Assembly (NCBI GenBank): GCA_011388275.1
Contig: DSAB01000121.1
Location: forward strand, 123,579 to 187,578
Reading direction: 5' to 3'
Length of the DNA stretch: 64,000 bases
From: a bacterium
Lineage (GTDB): Bacteria; Zhuqueibacterota; QNDG01; DSAB01
In this document: one piece after another, positions 19,527 through 29,053 of the stretch
How positions within the stretch are numbered: position 1 is the stretch's first letter
Layout: each line of letters opens with the position of its first letter
Translations under genes and position numbers: made by a program
Notes under the pieces: generated by a model
What the model saw: only the letters and a program-made list of their open reading frames with translations
Told to the model about the DNA's origin: nothing
The model's database searches: none

Positions 19527-20607
19527 TCTGACGAAACAATATCAGGCGCTGCAGAAAGAAATCAACCGGACCATCGGGCGGGTTCTTCAAAGCACACAAT
19601 TTATTATGGGTTCTGAGGTGGAGGCGTTTGAAAAGGAGATGGCCGAATACTGCCAGACCCGGTTTGCCGTATCATGTAATTCCGGAACAGACGCCCTGCA
19701 GATCTGTTTAATGGCAATCGATATTCAGCCGGGCGATGAGGTCATCACCACTCCGTTTACTTTTGTGGCCACAGCAGAGGTCATTCGACTTCTGAAGGCC
19801 AGGCCGGTATACGTGGATATCGACCCGGACACCTATCTGCTCGACATTTCCCGGATTGAACGCAAGATCACTAAAAGAACTCGTGCGATACTGCCCGTCC
19901 ATCTTTTCGGCCAGTGCGCGGATATGGATCCAATCAATGAGCTGGCCGATCGCCACGGCCTTGTGGTTATTGAAGATGCCTGCCAGGCTGTGGGGGCGAC
20001 CTACCGGGGCCGTAAAGCTTGCAGCCTCGGATCAATGGGCTGCCTTTCCTTTTTCCCTTCGAAAAATCTTGGGGCTTATGGAGACGGCGGTATGGTGTTG
20101 ACATCCGATGAGCAGCTGGCGGAAAAAATCCGCATGATAAGAAATCATGGTTCATCCAGGCGTTATTATCATGAAGTGATCGGTGTCAACAGCCGTCTTG
20201 ATACGTTGCAGGCGGCGGTGCTGAGGGTCAAGCTCAAACATCTGGACATGTGGAACGAGGCGAGAAAAGACAGGGCCGCTCTCTATACGGAACTGCTCAG
20301 CCGCGGAAACGTGGTCACGCCCGTGATTCTGGAAGATCGGTCTCATGTTTTTCACCAGTATTCAATTCGCGTAAAAGACCGGGACGGTTTGCGAAAGGCA
20401 CTGGATGAACATGGAATCACAACAGCTGTTTATTATCCGGTACCGCTTCATTGTCAGCCCGCGTTTGCCGACGGCAGGCAGAAAGAGGGCCTTTTCCCCA
20501 TGACGGAAAAGACGGCACAAAATATTCTTTCTTTGCCTATGTATCCGGAGCTGAAAGAAAAGGATGTTCAGGCCATCGCTTGTCAGGTATTATCATTCAC
20601 GGGATAG
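19501..20607 (+). CDS. DegT/DnrJ/EryC1/StrS-family PLP-dependent sugar aminotransferase
   Basis: MKMTIPMVDLTKQYQALQKEI...FIMGSEVEAFEKEMAEYC N-terminus, and FFPSKNLGAYGDGG (the PLP-Lys region) typical of the family. Start trimmed to the ATG following GGGAGA. Confidence 0.85.
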   Translation: MKMTIPMVDLTKQYQALQKEINRTIGRVLQSTQFIMGSEVEAFEKEMAEYCQTRFAVSCNSGTDALQICLMAIDIQPGDEVITTPFTFVATAEVIRLLKARPVYVDIDPDTYLLDISRIERKITKRTRAILPVHLFGQCADMDPINELADRHGLVVIEDACQAVGATYRGRKACSLGSMGCLSFFPSKNLGAYGDGGMVLTSDEQLAEKIRMIRNHGSSRRYYHEVIGVNSRLDTLQAAVLRVKLKHLDMWNEARKDRAALYTELLSRGNVVTPVILEDRSHVFHQYSIRVKDRDGLRKALDEHGITTAVYYPVPLHCQPAFADGRQKEGLFPMTEKTAQNILSLPMYPELKEKDVQAIACQVLSFTG

Positions 20608-20619
20608 CAGGGGAAGATT

Positions 20620-21885
20620 ATGCTGGATTTGAAATATATTCGAGAGCATCCGGAATTCGTTCAAAGAGCGATTGAAAATAAACATGAAAATGCGGATCTG
20701 GCCCGCCTTCTCTCGCTGGATGAGGAGAGGCGGCAAAAGATTCAGGAAGCCGATGGACTGAAAGAGAAACGGAATCGTGTTTCACAGGAGATCGGCCGCC
20801 TGAAAAAAGAAGGAACGGTTGACCGCGAGGCTATTGCTGATATGAAAAGGGTCTCGGATTCCATCAAGGCGATCGATGAGTGGATTAGAAAGCTGGAGCG
20901 AGAGATCTATCAGATCCAGATTTATATTCCCAATATTCCCCATGAATCCGTTCCAGAAGGCGGCCCGAGTCAAAATCAGATCGTGAAGGAATGGGGGGAG
21001 ATTCAGGAGCGCGATTTTAAGGTTCGCCCTCATTACGATTTGGGACCCGAACTGGGAATTCTGGATTTTGAGCGCGGAGCCCGAATTTCGGGATCCAATT
21101 TCGTGGCCTATCGGGGCCTTGGAGCGGCACTTGAAAGGGCCCTGATCAATTTCATGCTTGACATGCATGTTCAAAAACACGGTTACCGGGAAGTCTCCGT
21201 TCCATTTATAACCCGGCGTGAAATTATGTTCGGAACCGGCCAGCTTCCCAAGCTCGAAGAAGATATGTATCATGTCGAGAAGGAAGATCTCTTTCTGATT
21301 CCCACAGCGGAAGTTCCGGTAACCAATCTGCATCGGGAAGAGATCTTCAGGGCTGAAGACCTGCCATTGTACTATACCGCGTATACACCCTGTTTTCGAA
21401 GAGAAGCCGGTTCATACGGCGCGGACACGAGAGGCCTGATGAGGATTCATCAGTTTGACAAGGTGGAGATGGTCAAGTTTGTCAAACCCGAAGACAGCTA
21501 CAGAGAACTGGATTCTCTGCTGGCGGATGTGGAAGAGGTGCTGCAGGTTTTAAATTTGCCCTATCGAGTATTGAATCTGGCAGCCGGTGATTTGTCTTTT
21601 GCGGCCGCCAAGTGTTATGACATTGAGGTCTATGCGCCGGGAATCGATAAATGGCTGGAAGTGTCTTCCTGTTCCAATTTTGAAGATTTTCAGGCGCGGA
21701 GAATGAATATTCGATTCCGCCGGCAGTCGGGAGCCAAACCCGAATTCGTCCACACGCTGAACGGATCTGGATTGGCACTGCCTCGTACTGTGATCGCGAT
21801 TCTGGAACAGTATCAGACAGACGAAGGAACCGTTTCAGTTCCTGAAGCGCTTCGTCCATATCTGCATACTGACTTGATCCGATAA
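20620..21885 (+). CDS. serS: seryl-tRNA synthetase
   Basis: [22 protein letters not shown]-terminal coiled-coil arm. Class II motifs: [25 protein letters not shown], and the GSGLALPR motif-3 region. 421 aa. Confidence 0.9.
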   Translation: MLDLKYIREHPEFVQRAIENKHENADLARLLSLDEERRQKIQEADGLKEKRNRVSQEIGRLKKEGTVDREAIADMKRVSDSIKAIDEWIRKLEREIYQIQIYIPNIPHESVPEGGPSQNQIVKEWGEIQERDFKVRPHYDLGPELGILDFERGARISGSNFVAYRGLGAALERALINFMLDMHVQKHGYREVSVPFITRREIMFGTGQLPKLEEDMYHVEKEDLFLIPTAEVPVTNLHREEIFRAEDLPLYYTAYTPCFRREAGSYGADTRGLMRIHQFDKVEMVKFVKPEDSYRELDSLLADVEEVLQVLNLPYRVLNLAAGDLSFAAAKCYDIEVYAPGIDKWLEVSSCSNFEDFQARRMNIRFRRQSGAKPEFVHTLNGSGLALPRTVIAILEQYQTDEGTVSVPEALRPYLHTDLIR

Positions 21886-21926
21886 AAAGCGGGAATCCAT
21901 GTTTTTTAAATTTAAGTCTTGAAGGC

Positions 21927-22841
21927 CTATTTTTGAATAATACAGAACAGATTGATGTCCAGAGGTTCGCTTTCGATCTCGAGTTCTCTGAATGGAATTC
22001 GGGTTTCGCGGCAGAGGCTGATGAGTTCACCCGCGGTTCGATGCAGAAGGTTCCAGTGGCAGCCCAGCTCCATTCCCCTTCGCGTCGGATTTTTGGGGCT
22101 GAAATTTCCAAAAATGATCTGCCCATCCTCCTTTAAAAGGCGCCACATTCTTTTCAGCAATATTTTCGCGATGCGTTCATCCAGATAGTCAAACAGGCCG
22201 GCAGACCAGATCAGGTCGTAATGTCGATCCGATTGTAATTTAAAACAGTTGGCGCACTCCAGGGTGACCCGGCTCGTATCCAGCTTTCCGTTCAGCAGGG
22301 TTTTGGCGTAATCAATGGCGGCTTGCTCATTGTCTACACAATGGAAAAATACATGGGCGTTGGATGGAAGCGCCTGGAGGGTTTCGAGAATGTCGCGGCA
22401 GGGCCCGCATCCAATATTCAGAATGTCGATTCGGGACTTTCGTGATTTTGCCAGATCGAGACACTTCCGAATGAAATACCGCTTTCGGTTTCGTACGGAT
22501 TTTGCGGCTTCATAGGAGTGAAACAGGGAATCAAAGAAACGTCCCTGCGGATCCTTTGCGGTGTGCCGCGTATAGATCCAGTCGATCAGCAGAAAATCGC
22601 CGGCATATCCCATGGGCTTTTGCCGGGCGCGCCGGTGAACCGGACTGACATCGAAACGCGAGAAGGATTTGAAAAATTCAGCTTCCAGCTCTTCGGGCCG
22701 GTCCGACTGCTCAATGAGGTCAGCAATATGCTGTATCCTGTTATACAGCTCATCCCGAAAGGAAGCAATTCCCTTCTCATCGGTCCTGGAGGCCAGGAAT
22801 TTCTCGAAACGGTGGAATTCCCTGCGAATGGCCACATCCAT
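21927..22841 (-). CDS. class I SAM-dependent methyltransferase
   Basis: ILNIGCGPCRDILETL glycine-rich SAM motif I, 304 aa with an N-terminal extension. Confidence 0.6.
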   Translation of the reverse strand: MDVAIRREFHRFEKFLASRTDEKGIASFRDELYNRIQHIADLIEQSDRPEELEAEFFKSFSRFDVSPVHRRARQKPMGYAGDFLLIDWIYTRHTAKDPQGRFFDSLFHSYEAAKSVRNRKRYFIRKCLDLAKSRKSRIDILNIGCGPCRDILETLQALPSNAHVFFHCVDNEQAAIDYAKTLLNGKLDTSRVTLECANCFKLQSDRHYDLIWSAGLFDYLDERIAKILLKRMWRLLKEDGQIIFGNFSPKNPTRRGMELGCHWNLLHRTAGELISLCRETRIPFRELEIESEPLDINLFCIIQK

Positions 22842-23144
22842 GAATATCCCCTGAGGCTTGTGATGATTCCGTCATAAAGAAGACAGTTTTGTAACGATTA
22901 CTGGCGTTTCTTTCAGGGCAAATGTTGTACCAGAACAGGCATATGCTTTTCAGTCTGAACATATAACATATAATAACAAGCACATAGACAGTTTTCGGTT
23001 CTGTCCGTAAGAAACGCCCGGCAGGAAAACGGTTTGCGGTTGGATGGATCGATTCCGGCCGATGTATTCAGTATTCGAACACATTTCGTTCATTTTAACG
23101 ACTAATACGGGAGCATAAAACAGGAATGTAAAGCGCTTCGGGCT

Positions 23145-24959
23145 TCAATTGTCAAACAGAGTACGGATTTTTCCGTTCAGATTCTCCATGGTGAAAGGCT
23201 TTTGAAGGAAATGAAAAGAGGTTTTTAAGATTCCATGTTGGTCGATCATGCTGTCAGCGTGTCCGGAAATAAAGAGAATTTTGGCATTTTTTCTGTCGTT
23301 GGTGATTTGAGCGGCCAGTTCTTTGCCGTTCATTTGCGGCATGATGACATCGGTCAGTATCAGGTCGATCTTACCGGGGTAATTTCTGGAGATATTGAGG
23401 GCCTCCATCGGGCTTCCCGTCTCGATCACCTGATAGCCCTGTTTTTTCAGCATTCGGGATGTCAGATCGCGAACCATGGGTTCGTCTTCCACCAGGAGAA
23501 TGGTCTCGCTGCCCTTTTTGAGACAGCGTGTCCGCGTCTGTTTATAGGCCGGTTCGTCATAGTCTTCGCTGACCCGTGGCAGATAGATTTTAAATGTGGT
23601 TCCTTTTCCCTCTTCACTGTAAACGAGGATGTCACCGTTGCTTTGCTTCACGATTCCATAAACGGTTGACAGGCCGAGTCCGGTGCCTTTTCCCCTTTCC
23701 TTTGTCGTAAAGAAAGGTTCAAATATTTTGGATTTGATCTCATCACACATGCCGGTTCCCGTATCCGAGGCGGAAAGCATGACATAATCGCCGGGTAAAA
23801 GGGAGACCTTGCCCATTTGACAGTATTCCGAGTCCAGTGTGATATTTTTCGCCTCAATAATCAGTTTGCCCCCTTCGGGCATGGCATCGCGGGCATTTAT
23901 TGACAGGTTTAAAATGATCTGCTCAATTTGAACGGGATCCGCCAAAACATTCCAAAGTCTCGGCGGTGTAATAAATATCAGATCGATGTCTTCTCCAATG
24001 ATGCGATGCAACATTTTCCCGACTTCCTGAATCACATCATCGATTCGAAGGAGCTGAGGCCGGAGAACCTGTCTCCGGCTGAAGGCGAGTAATTGTCTGA
24101 CCAGATCGGCGGCCCGTTTTCCCGCCTTGAGTATGGATTCTATTTCGGTTCTTGCGGGATTTTTTCGGGACATACTGTCCAGAAGCAGATAGCAGATACC
24201 CAGTATGGCGGTCAGCACGTTGTTGAAATCATGGGCGATGCCGCCCGCCAGCTGGCCGACCACGGCGAGTCTTTCGGACTGGAGAAGATGATGGGTTCGT
24301 TCCTGGACTTTATTTTCCAGCTCCATGGCATGTTTTTTTATCTTTTTGTGGGCCGCCTGCAGCCGTTTGCGGGAAAAATATTGACGCTTCGCATTCTGCA
24401 AATTAAACTGTGTGGATATAAATGAAATGATAATGGTTGACATGAGAAAGAAATTATTGCCGATGAACAGGTTGAGCTGATGAGGCTGCAGGATCAGGGC
24501 GTTTGGAATCAGGTAAAACAGCCATGTGACGGACAGTACCAGCAGGCTTTCAGTCATCGAAAGCGGCAATAAAATACCGAAACCGAGAAGGGGAAGATTG
24601 ATGCCCGCGTAATAAGGGTCGGCAGGACCCTGGTCGATGAAAGTCATCACCGCGATGGCTCCGCATACAATCCATGCCAGAGCGGCTGCCAGCGAAAAAG
24701 GACGTTTTCTCCCCACTTCTTTTTTTGTAAGGACGAAAATGACCGTACAGAGACAGGTTACACTGAAGCGAATGGCGAACAGCTTCCAGAATATATGATA
24801 TTTGAGTATGAGGTCCAGAACGCCGAATACAGGCACCAGAATGGCGCATATCTGAGCCCCCAGTGTAACGGCCCGACGAAGAATCTTCTTCCGTTCGGAT
24901 TCGAAACTCGATGCCGTTGGAAGAAATTCGATATGACGCATTTGTGACAGGATACCCAT
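23145..24959 (-). CDS. hybrid sensor histidine kinase / response regulator with polytopic membrane N-terminal region
   Basis: Roughly 6 N-terminal TM helices, a HisKA H-box ([13 protein letters not shown]), HATPase_c ([13 protein letters not shown]), and a C-terminal REC domain ([12 protein letters not shown]...[14 protein letters not shown]). Confidence 0.8.
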   Translation of the reverse strand: MGILSQMRHIEFLPTASSFESERKKILRRAVTLGAQICAILVPVFGVLDLILKYHIFWKLFAIRFSVTCLCTVIFVLTKKEVGRKRPFSLAAALAWIVCGAIAVMTFIDQGPADPYYAGINLPLLGFGILLPLSMTESLLVLSVTWLFYLIPNALILQPHQLNLFIGNNFFLMSTIIISFISTQFNLQNAKRQYFSRKRLQAAHKKIKKHAMELENKVQERTHHLLQSERLAVVGQLAGGIAHDFNNVLTAILGICYLLLDSMSRKNPARTEIESILKAGKRAADLVRQLLAFSRRQVLRPQLLRIDDVIQEVGKMLHRIIGEDIDLIFITPPRLWNVLADPVQIEQIILNLSINARDAMPEGGKLIIEAKNITLDSEYCQMGKVSLLPGDYVMLSASDTGTGMCDEIKSKIFEPFFTTKERGKGTGLGLSTVYGIVKQSNGDILVYSEEGKGTTFKIYLPRVSEDYDEPAYKQTRTRCLKKGSETILLVEDEPMVRDLTSRMLKKQGYQVIETGSPMEALNISRNYPGKIDLILTDVIMPQMNGKELAAQITNDRKNAKILFISGHADSMIDQHGILKTSFHFLQKPFTMENLNGKIRTLFDN

Positions 24960-24989
24960 AGGTGTTTGCCGTTTGATGAAAAGGGCCGG

Positions 24990-25292
24990 TCAGGCGTTTT
25001 CCGATTGCGGAACCGAAATCTTGATGGTCATCTTGTCCATCTCGACTACCTCACCCAGAGACCGAACCAGGTTGCCGGCCGAAGGACCTGCGGCCTTTTC
25101 GGTCCACCGTTCGATATTCTCCACCGTATACTGGCAGAAGAGAATTCGACGGTTTCCTTCCCGAGTATTCCACAGTTTGACGGATTTGGCTCCCCATTGC
25201 TGCTGCTGAGGCCAGTGGATTTTCAGCCAGTCCATAAAGTCATCCTGTTTTTTTGAAGGTTTGAGAACATTCTTGTAAGTAACGGTGATCAT
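24990..25292 (-). CDS. small hypothetical protein (possibly ABM/Dabb-like alpha+beta barrel)
   Basis: 100 aa, MITVTYKNVLKPSKKQDDFMDWLKIHW..., 31 bp downstream of the hybrid kinase on the same strand. The fold guess rests only on length and beta-alpha periodicity. Confidence 0.35.
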   Translation of the reverse strand: MITVTYKNVLKPSKKQDDFMDWLKIHWPQQQQWGAKSVKLWNTREGNRRILFCQYTVENIERWTEKAAGPSAGNLVRSLGEVVEMDKMTIKISVPQSENA

Positions 25293-25603
25293 GACAAGAT
25301 CCTGTATGCGTTCTTTACGGGTTTGCGTACGATTGACCGTTGTATTTCATCCTGAAACCGGTCATTGCATTCTGGAAACAACCGTGACAATCCTGTCATT
25401 TTTATAGACATGGCTTAATTCATTAAATAACAGATAGTTTTAAGCCATTCACGATGAACAGGGCCGTATTTTCTTTGTTCTGTGGCTGCAGTAACTTGGC
25501 TTATGCAAGAGGCGTGCCGAAGATAAATAAAAAGGCGCTCCATTCCGTGAACTTGGGAGTGATCCGGTAGCGGTTCCGGAATGCAGCGCCGAATCAGGCG
25601 AGG

Positions 25604-25981
25604 TCAATCTTTCAGGATACGTATTCTTCGGATTAATGCTTCTTTACCCCGAACGATTCGAATCGGGGTTTTGCCGCATTGAGGACACGAGAAAGAGGGA
25701 AGTGCTAAATGAAAGGCGGGATCTTCCCTCAGGGTCAGTCTGCCCTGATAACCGCATGCGTCACAGGCGATTTCTCCTGCCGGCTGATGGAAGATGATTT
25801 CCGCCTCTTCGGCCGGTGTACCCTGGAATCCGTTTTTAACCCAGAACTCGATCTGGTCAGGACCCAGAAAGGTCAGCTCTCCGATTTCCAGTTCAACGGA
25901 TTCGACTTTTCGGGCGCTTTGCTTTTCGGCCTCCCGTAAAACGACCTCGACGATGGATTGCGCAATAGAGGCTTCGTGCAT
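25604..25981 (-). CDS. hypA: Ni-insertion metallochaperone HypA
   Basis: MHEASIAQSIVEVV N-terminal Ni site (MHE), and a CDACG...CPQCG zinc-ribbon pair. Confidence 0.8.
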   Translation of the reverse strand: MHEASIAQSIVEVVLREAEKQSARKVESVELEIGELTFLGPDQIEFWVKNGFQGTPAEEAEIIFHQPAGEIACDACGYQGRLTLREDPAFHLALPSFSCPQCGKTPIRIVRGKEALIRRIRILKD

Positions 25982-26659
25982 TTATGATATTTCAATGTTA
26001 AGGGCCTGAATGAGCTCCGGAATACCCTCTCCGGTTCGTCCGTTGGTGAAAACCACTTTCAGGTTCGACTTCACGGAAAGGGCGTCTTTTTTCAGCTGTT
26101 CCAGAGAAACTTCCATGGCGTCTGCCAGATCGATCTTGTTGACGGCCAGAACCGAGGATTCCATCAGGATGTAGGGGTGTTTCAGGATCATATAGGGCCC
26201 CTCCGTGGTGGAAACCACGACCATGCGCTGATGCGCGCCGACAGGGAATTCTCCGGGACAGATCAGATTTCCCACATTTTCGATAAGCAGCAGATCCAGC
26301 TGGTCCAGATCGAGTTCATCCAGTGCTTTTCTGACCAGATTGGCATCCAAATGGCACTCTTTGCCGGTGTTGGCCTGAATCACCTGGGCGCCGACATCCT
26401 GAATCCGATCGGCGTCGATTGTCGTGGTCAGATCGCCGGCGATGGCCGCCACCCGGTGTGCGGTACCGACATGTTTGACCAGCTGCTGAACCAGGGTGGT
26501 TTTTCCGGAACCGATGGAGCCAAGAATATCGATGGCATGAACACCCTGTTCGTCGAGTCGTTTTCGATTGGTCTTTGCCAGATCTTCATTCTGCTTCAGC
26601 AGATTCTCTTCCAGTTCAATATCAAAGGTTTCCCCTTCAGCGGGTTGTACGGTTTTCAT
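25982..26659 (-). CDS. hypB: Ni-insertion GTPase HypB
   Basis: GSIGSGKTTL P-loop, ENVGNLICPGEF (the HypB Cys-His metal-site motif), and NKIDLA G4. Start trimmed to the internal Met (MKTVQPAEGE), so there is no His-rich N-terminal stretch. Confidence 0.85.
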   Translation of the reverse strand: MKTVQPAEGETFDIELEENLLKQNEDLAKTNRKRLDEQGVHAIDILGSIGSGKTTLVQQLVKHVGTAHRVAAIAGDLTTTIDADRIQDVGAQVIQANTGKECHLDANLVRKALDELDLDQLDLLLIENVGNLICPGEFPVGAHQRMVVVSTTEGPYMILKHPYILMESSVLAVNKIDLADAMEVSLEQLKKDALSVKSNLKVVFTNGRTGEGIPELIQALNIEIS

Positions 26660-26794
26660 GGATGATCTCCAGGTTGCAGGTTTTTGGTCAACAAGCGAAC
26701 GGCCAGACAGATCAATGAAGCACCGACCGTTATAAAAATAAAAAGTAGACTTTTTATAAATAAAATGCAAGGAGAAATATACGTCAAGACACCC

Positions 26795-26823
26795 TTGACT
26801 TTTAAAGGAAATAATCCGATATT
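26795..26823 (+). promoter_or_regulatory. sigma70-like promoter candidate for fba (TTGACT-N17-GATATT)
   Basis: cccTTGACTtttaaaggaaataatccGATATTg in an AT-rich divergent intergenic region about 30 nt upstream of the fba RBS. Confidence 0.3.
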
Positions 26824-26853
26824 GAAACCGGAATCTCACAAAGGAGGATTCTC

Positions 26854-28017
26854 ATGACATCCAAACACTATCAGCTTCGGTCCATGGTCCCGCTTCTGAG
26901 GGCGGCGGAACGCGCCTCTTCGGAGGGAAAACCGGCTGCCGTCGGGGCCTTTAACGTCAATTTTTATACGCAGGCGGAAGGCATTCTGGAGGGTTTGCGA
27001 AGAGGGGATGCTCCCGGGATTATTCAGGCGAGCAAGGGAGCCAACAAATTTCAGGGAGGACCCCAATATATCGCCGAGATGGTTCTGCGTGCCATGAAAA
27101 ACAGCGGTCATGAACTGCCGGTCTCACTGCACCTGGATCATGGAGACGACGAGAAGGCCAGGGAGTGCATCGAGAAAGGGTACAGCTCGGTGATGATCGA
27201 TGCCTCGAAACTGGATTACAGCGAGAATGTGGCGGCAACCGCCTCCATTGTCGAGGCGGCCCATGCCAGGGGAATCAGCGTGGAGGGTGAATACGGAAAA
27301 CTCGAAGGGGTGGAAGAAGACATTGTCCATGAAAAAACCACCTACGCGGATCCGTACCTGGTGCCCCATTTTTTCCATGAGAGCGGCGCCGACGCCCTTG
27401 CCGTAGCTTACGGAACTTCCCATGGACCCAACAAGGGATCCGGTTCCGGTATGGAAAAGCTGGCCGTTCATATTGTGGACAAGAGTTATCGGGGCATGAC
27501 AGCCTACGGCCAGAACGAGGATCACTTTCTGGTCAGCCATGGTTCATCGACCGTTCCACAGGATCTGGTAAAAGAGATCAACCGGTACGGCGGAGATATT
27601 AGAAATGCGATGGGGATTCCCATGGCCAAGATCAAAGAAGCCGTGGCCGCCGGAATTCGAAAGATCAATATCGATACGGATCTGCGTTTGGGAATAACCG
27701 CCACGTTTCGTAAATATTTTCTCGACAATCCGGGAATCGAAAAGAGTTCGCCCGATGTACTCAAGCCCATCAAGGATGTTTTGGATGAAAAAAAAGGAGC
27801 CATCGATCCACGAGATTATCTGAAAGTGATCGATGTGGCTCTGCTTCGGGATGATCCGGCGGGGACCGATCTTGAGGAGGTCATGATAAACGTGAAAGAG
27901 CGCATCGCGTCTCATGTCGCAATGCTGGTCAGTGAGTTCGGATGCGCCGGACTGGCCGGCCGGGTCGACGGCGACACGCTGGACGATCTGGCGCTCCAAT
28001 ATAAAAAGAAGAAATGA
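26854..28017 (+). CDS. fba: fructose-bisphosphate aldolase class II (long form)
   Basis: SLHLDHGDDEKARECIEKGYSSVMIDAS, GEYGKLEGVEED and AYGTSHG blocks of class II FBA. AGGAGG RBS. Confidence 0.8.
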   Translation: MTSKHYQLRSMVPLLRAAERASSEGKPAAVGAFNVNFYTQAEGILEGLRRGDAPGIIQASKGANKFQGGPQYIAEMVLRAMKNSGHELPVSLHLDHGDDEKARECIEKGYSSVMIDASKLDYSENVAATASIVEAAHARGISVEGEYGKLEGVEEDIVHEKTTYADPYLVPHFFHESGADALAVAYGTSHGPNKGSGSGMEKLAVHIVDKSYRGMTAYGQNEDHFLVSHGSSTVPQDLVKEINRYGGDIRNAMGIPMAKIKEAVAAGIRKINIDTDLRLGITATFRKYFLDNPGIEKSSPDVLKPIKDVLDEKKGAIDPRDYLKVIDVALLRDDPAGTDLEEVMINVKERIASHVAMLVSEFGCAGLAGRVDGDTLDDLALQYKKKK

Positions 28018-28064
28018 TGAATCCGTCTGTGGCACTATGAACAAAAAGGATCTCGAATCGAACC

Positions 28065-28748
28065 TTGAAACTGCTTTTGTTTGACATTGACGGCACTCTG
28101 ATGCGGACGGGCGGAGCGGGACGAATATCGATGGAGCGGGCCTTTAAAAGTGTGTATGGAGTCCGGAACGGATTCGAAGGCATTCACATGATGGGAAGGA
28201 CGGATCCGGTCATTGTTCGCGAGGCGCTGTGCAATCACGGATTGACCTGGCAGGACGACCAGGTCGAGTCATTCCGCCGGCTCTATTATGAGATTCTGAC
28301 CGAGCAGATCAAACAGCCTTTGGCCGACAAGGGATTGTGCCCGGGCATTCCTGAATTGCTTGAGGCCATTCAGGCGACCCCGGCGCTTTTTCTGGGCTTG
28401 TTGACCGGAAACTGGCGCCGGTCTGCCATGATGAAACTGGATTATTTCGGAATCCGTCCTTATTTTCCGGCTGGTGCTTTTGCCGATGATTCGGAAAAGC
28501 GGGAAGATCTGGTCGCTGTCGTTGTGGAACGCATGCTTCCCTTTACCGGAAAAATGCCCGATCCCTCGCAGGTTATTGTCATAGGCGATACGCCGATGGA
28601 CGTGGCCTGTGCGAAACCCTATGGCGCGAAAAGCGTGGCCGTGGCCACGGGTTTCCACTCACCGGAAGTGCTGAAAGCCGCCAGGCCGGATCGAATATTC
28701 AGCAATCTCGCTGACACAAAAAGAGTCCTTGCCTATTTCAAGGATTGA
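28065..28748 (+). CDS. HAD-superfamily phosphatase
   Basis: N-terminal D-I-D-G-T-L motif I and a late GDTPMD motif IV. The track reads MKLLLFDIDGTL with a TTG start, while my reading of the printed bases suggests an in-frame ATG at 28038. The start is unresolved within about 30 nt. Confidence 0.65.
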   Translation: MKLLLFDIDGTLMRTGGAGRISMERAFKSVYGVRNGFEGIHMMGRTDPVIVREALCNHGLTWQDDQVESFRRLYYEILTEQIKQPLADKGLCPGIPELLEAIQATPALFLGLLTGNWRRSAMMKLDYFGIRPYFPAGAFADDSEKREDLVAVVVERMLPFTGKMPDPSQVIVIGDTPMDVACAKPYGAKSVAVATGFHSPEVLKAARPDRIFSNLADTKRVLAYFKD

Positions 28749-28762
28749 TCTATACGCCGGAC

Positions 28763-28793
28763 TCCGGAGCCTTTTTAAATGGAAGGCTCCGGA
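28763..28793. terminator. bidirectional intrinsic-terminator-like hairpin between convergent HAD phosphatase and ferredoxin genes
   Basis: tccggagcc (28763-28771) pairs perfectly with ggctccgga (28785-28793) around a 13-nt T/A-rich loop. Located in the 83-bp gap between the two convergent stop codons. Confidence 0.4.
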
Positions 28794-28831
28794 TAAAATC
28801 CAGACTTCGGCATGAAAGACCGGCGGCCAAA

Positions 28832-29026
28832 TTACTCCGAAAAGTGAATCACTTCCGCCGGACACAGATCAGCGGCTTCGCGGATACATGCGTCCTGGGC
28901 GGAAAGATCGATCTCTTCAAGAACTTCCGCGGTCTCGTCACCCATTACAAACACAGCCGGGCAGGTTGAGACACAGAGTTCACACAGGGTGCATCCTTCC
29001 TCAATCCAGACTTTGTTGATGGCCAT
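28832..29026 (-). CDS. small ferredoxin (single-cluster [4Fe-4S]/[3Fe-4S] type)
   Basis: 64 aa with CTLCELCVSTCP plus a distal C...CP pair. Last gene of a minus-strand operon. Confidence 0.7.
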   Translation of the reverse strand: MAINKVWIEEGCTLCELCVSTCPAVFVMGDETAEVLEEIDLSAQDACIREAADLCPAEVIHFSE

Positions 29027-29053
29027 GACAGTCTCCTTTTTTGAATGAAATAG

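Noticed and set aside
20620-21885. serS at the end of the polysaccharide operon as a possible cargo or island boundary marker
   Set aside because: It is a housekeeping gene in normal context, with no adjacent integrase, tRNA or direct repeats to suggest an island junction. It is simply co-directional with the cluster.
22842-23144. AT-rich 300-bp intergenic region with a short direct repeat (tatatgttatatgtt); checked for CRISPR or tandem arrays
   Set aside because: Only one short duplicated heptamer. No repeat-spacer periodicity anywhere in the window. The region is best explained as the methyltransferase promoter and leader plus the kinase 3' UTR.
25647-25668. Imperfect palindrome ccccgaacgattcgaatcgggg
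   Set aside because: It is located inside the hypA coding region near its 3' end. It is most simply coding sequence with incidental self-complementarity, not an intergenic regulatory element.
28035-28090. Possible frameshift or alternative ATG start (about 28038) at the HAD phosphatase N-terminus
   Set aside because: My character-level reading of the printed bases here (ttttgttgac) disagrees by one nucleotide with what the supplied ORF-track translations on both strands imply (ttttgtttgac). Coordinates are consistent again by 28832. I treat this as my own misreading of a homopolymer, not a biological frameshift, and only flag the start as uncertain.
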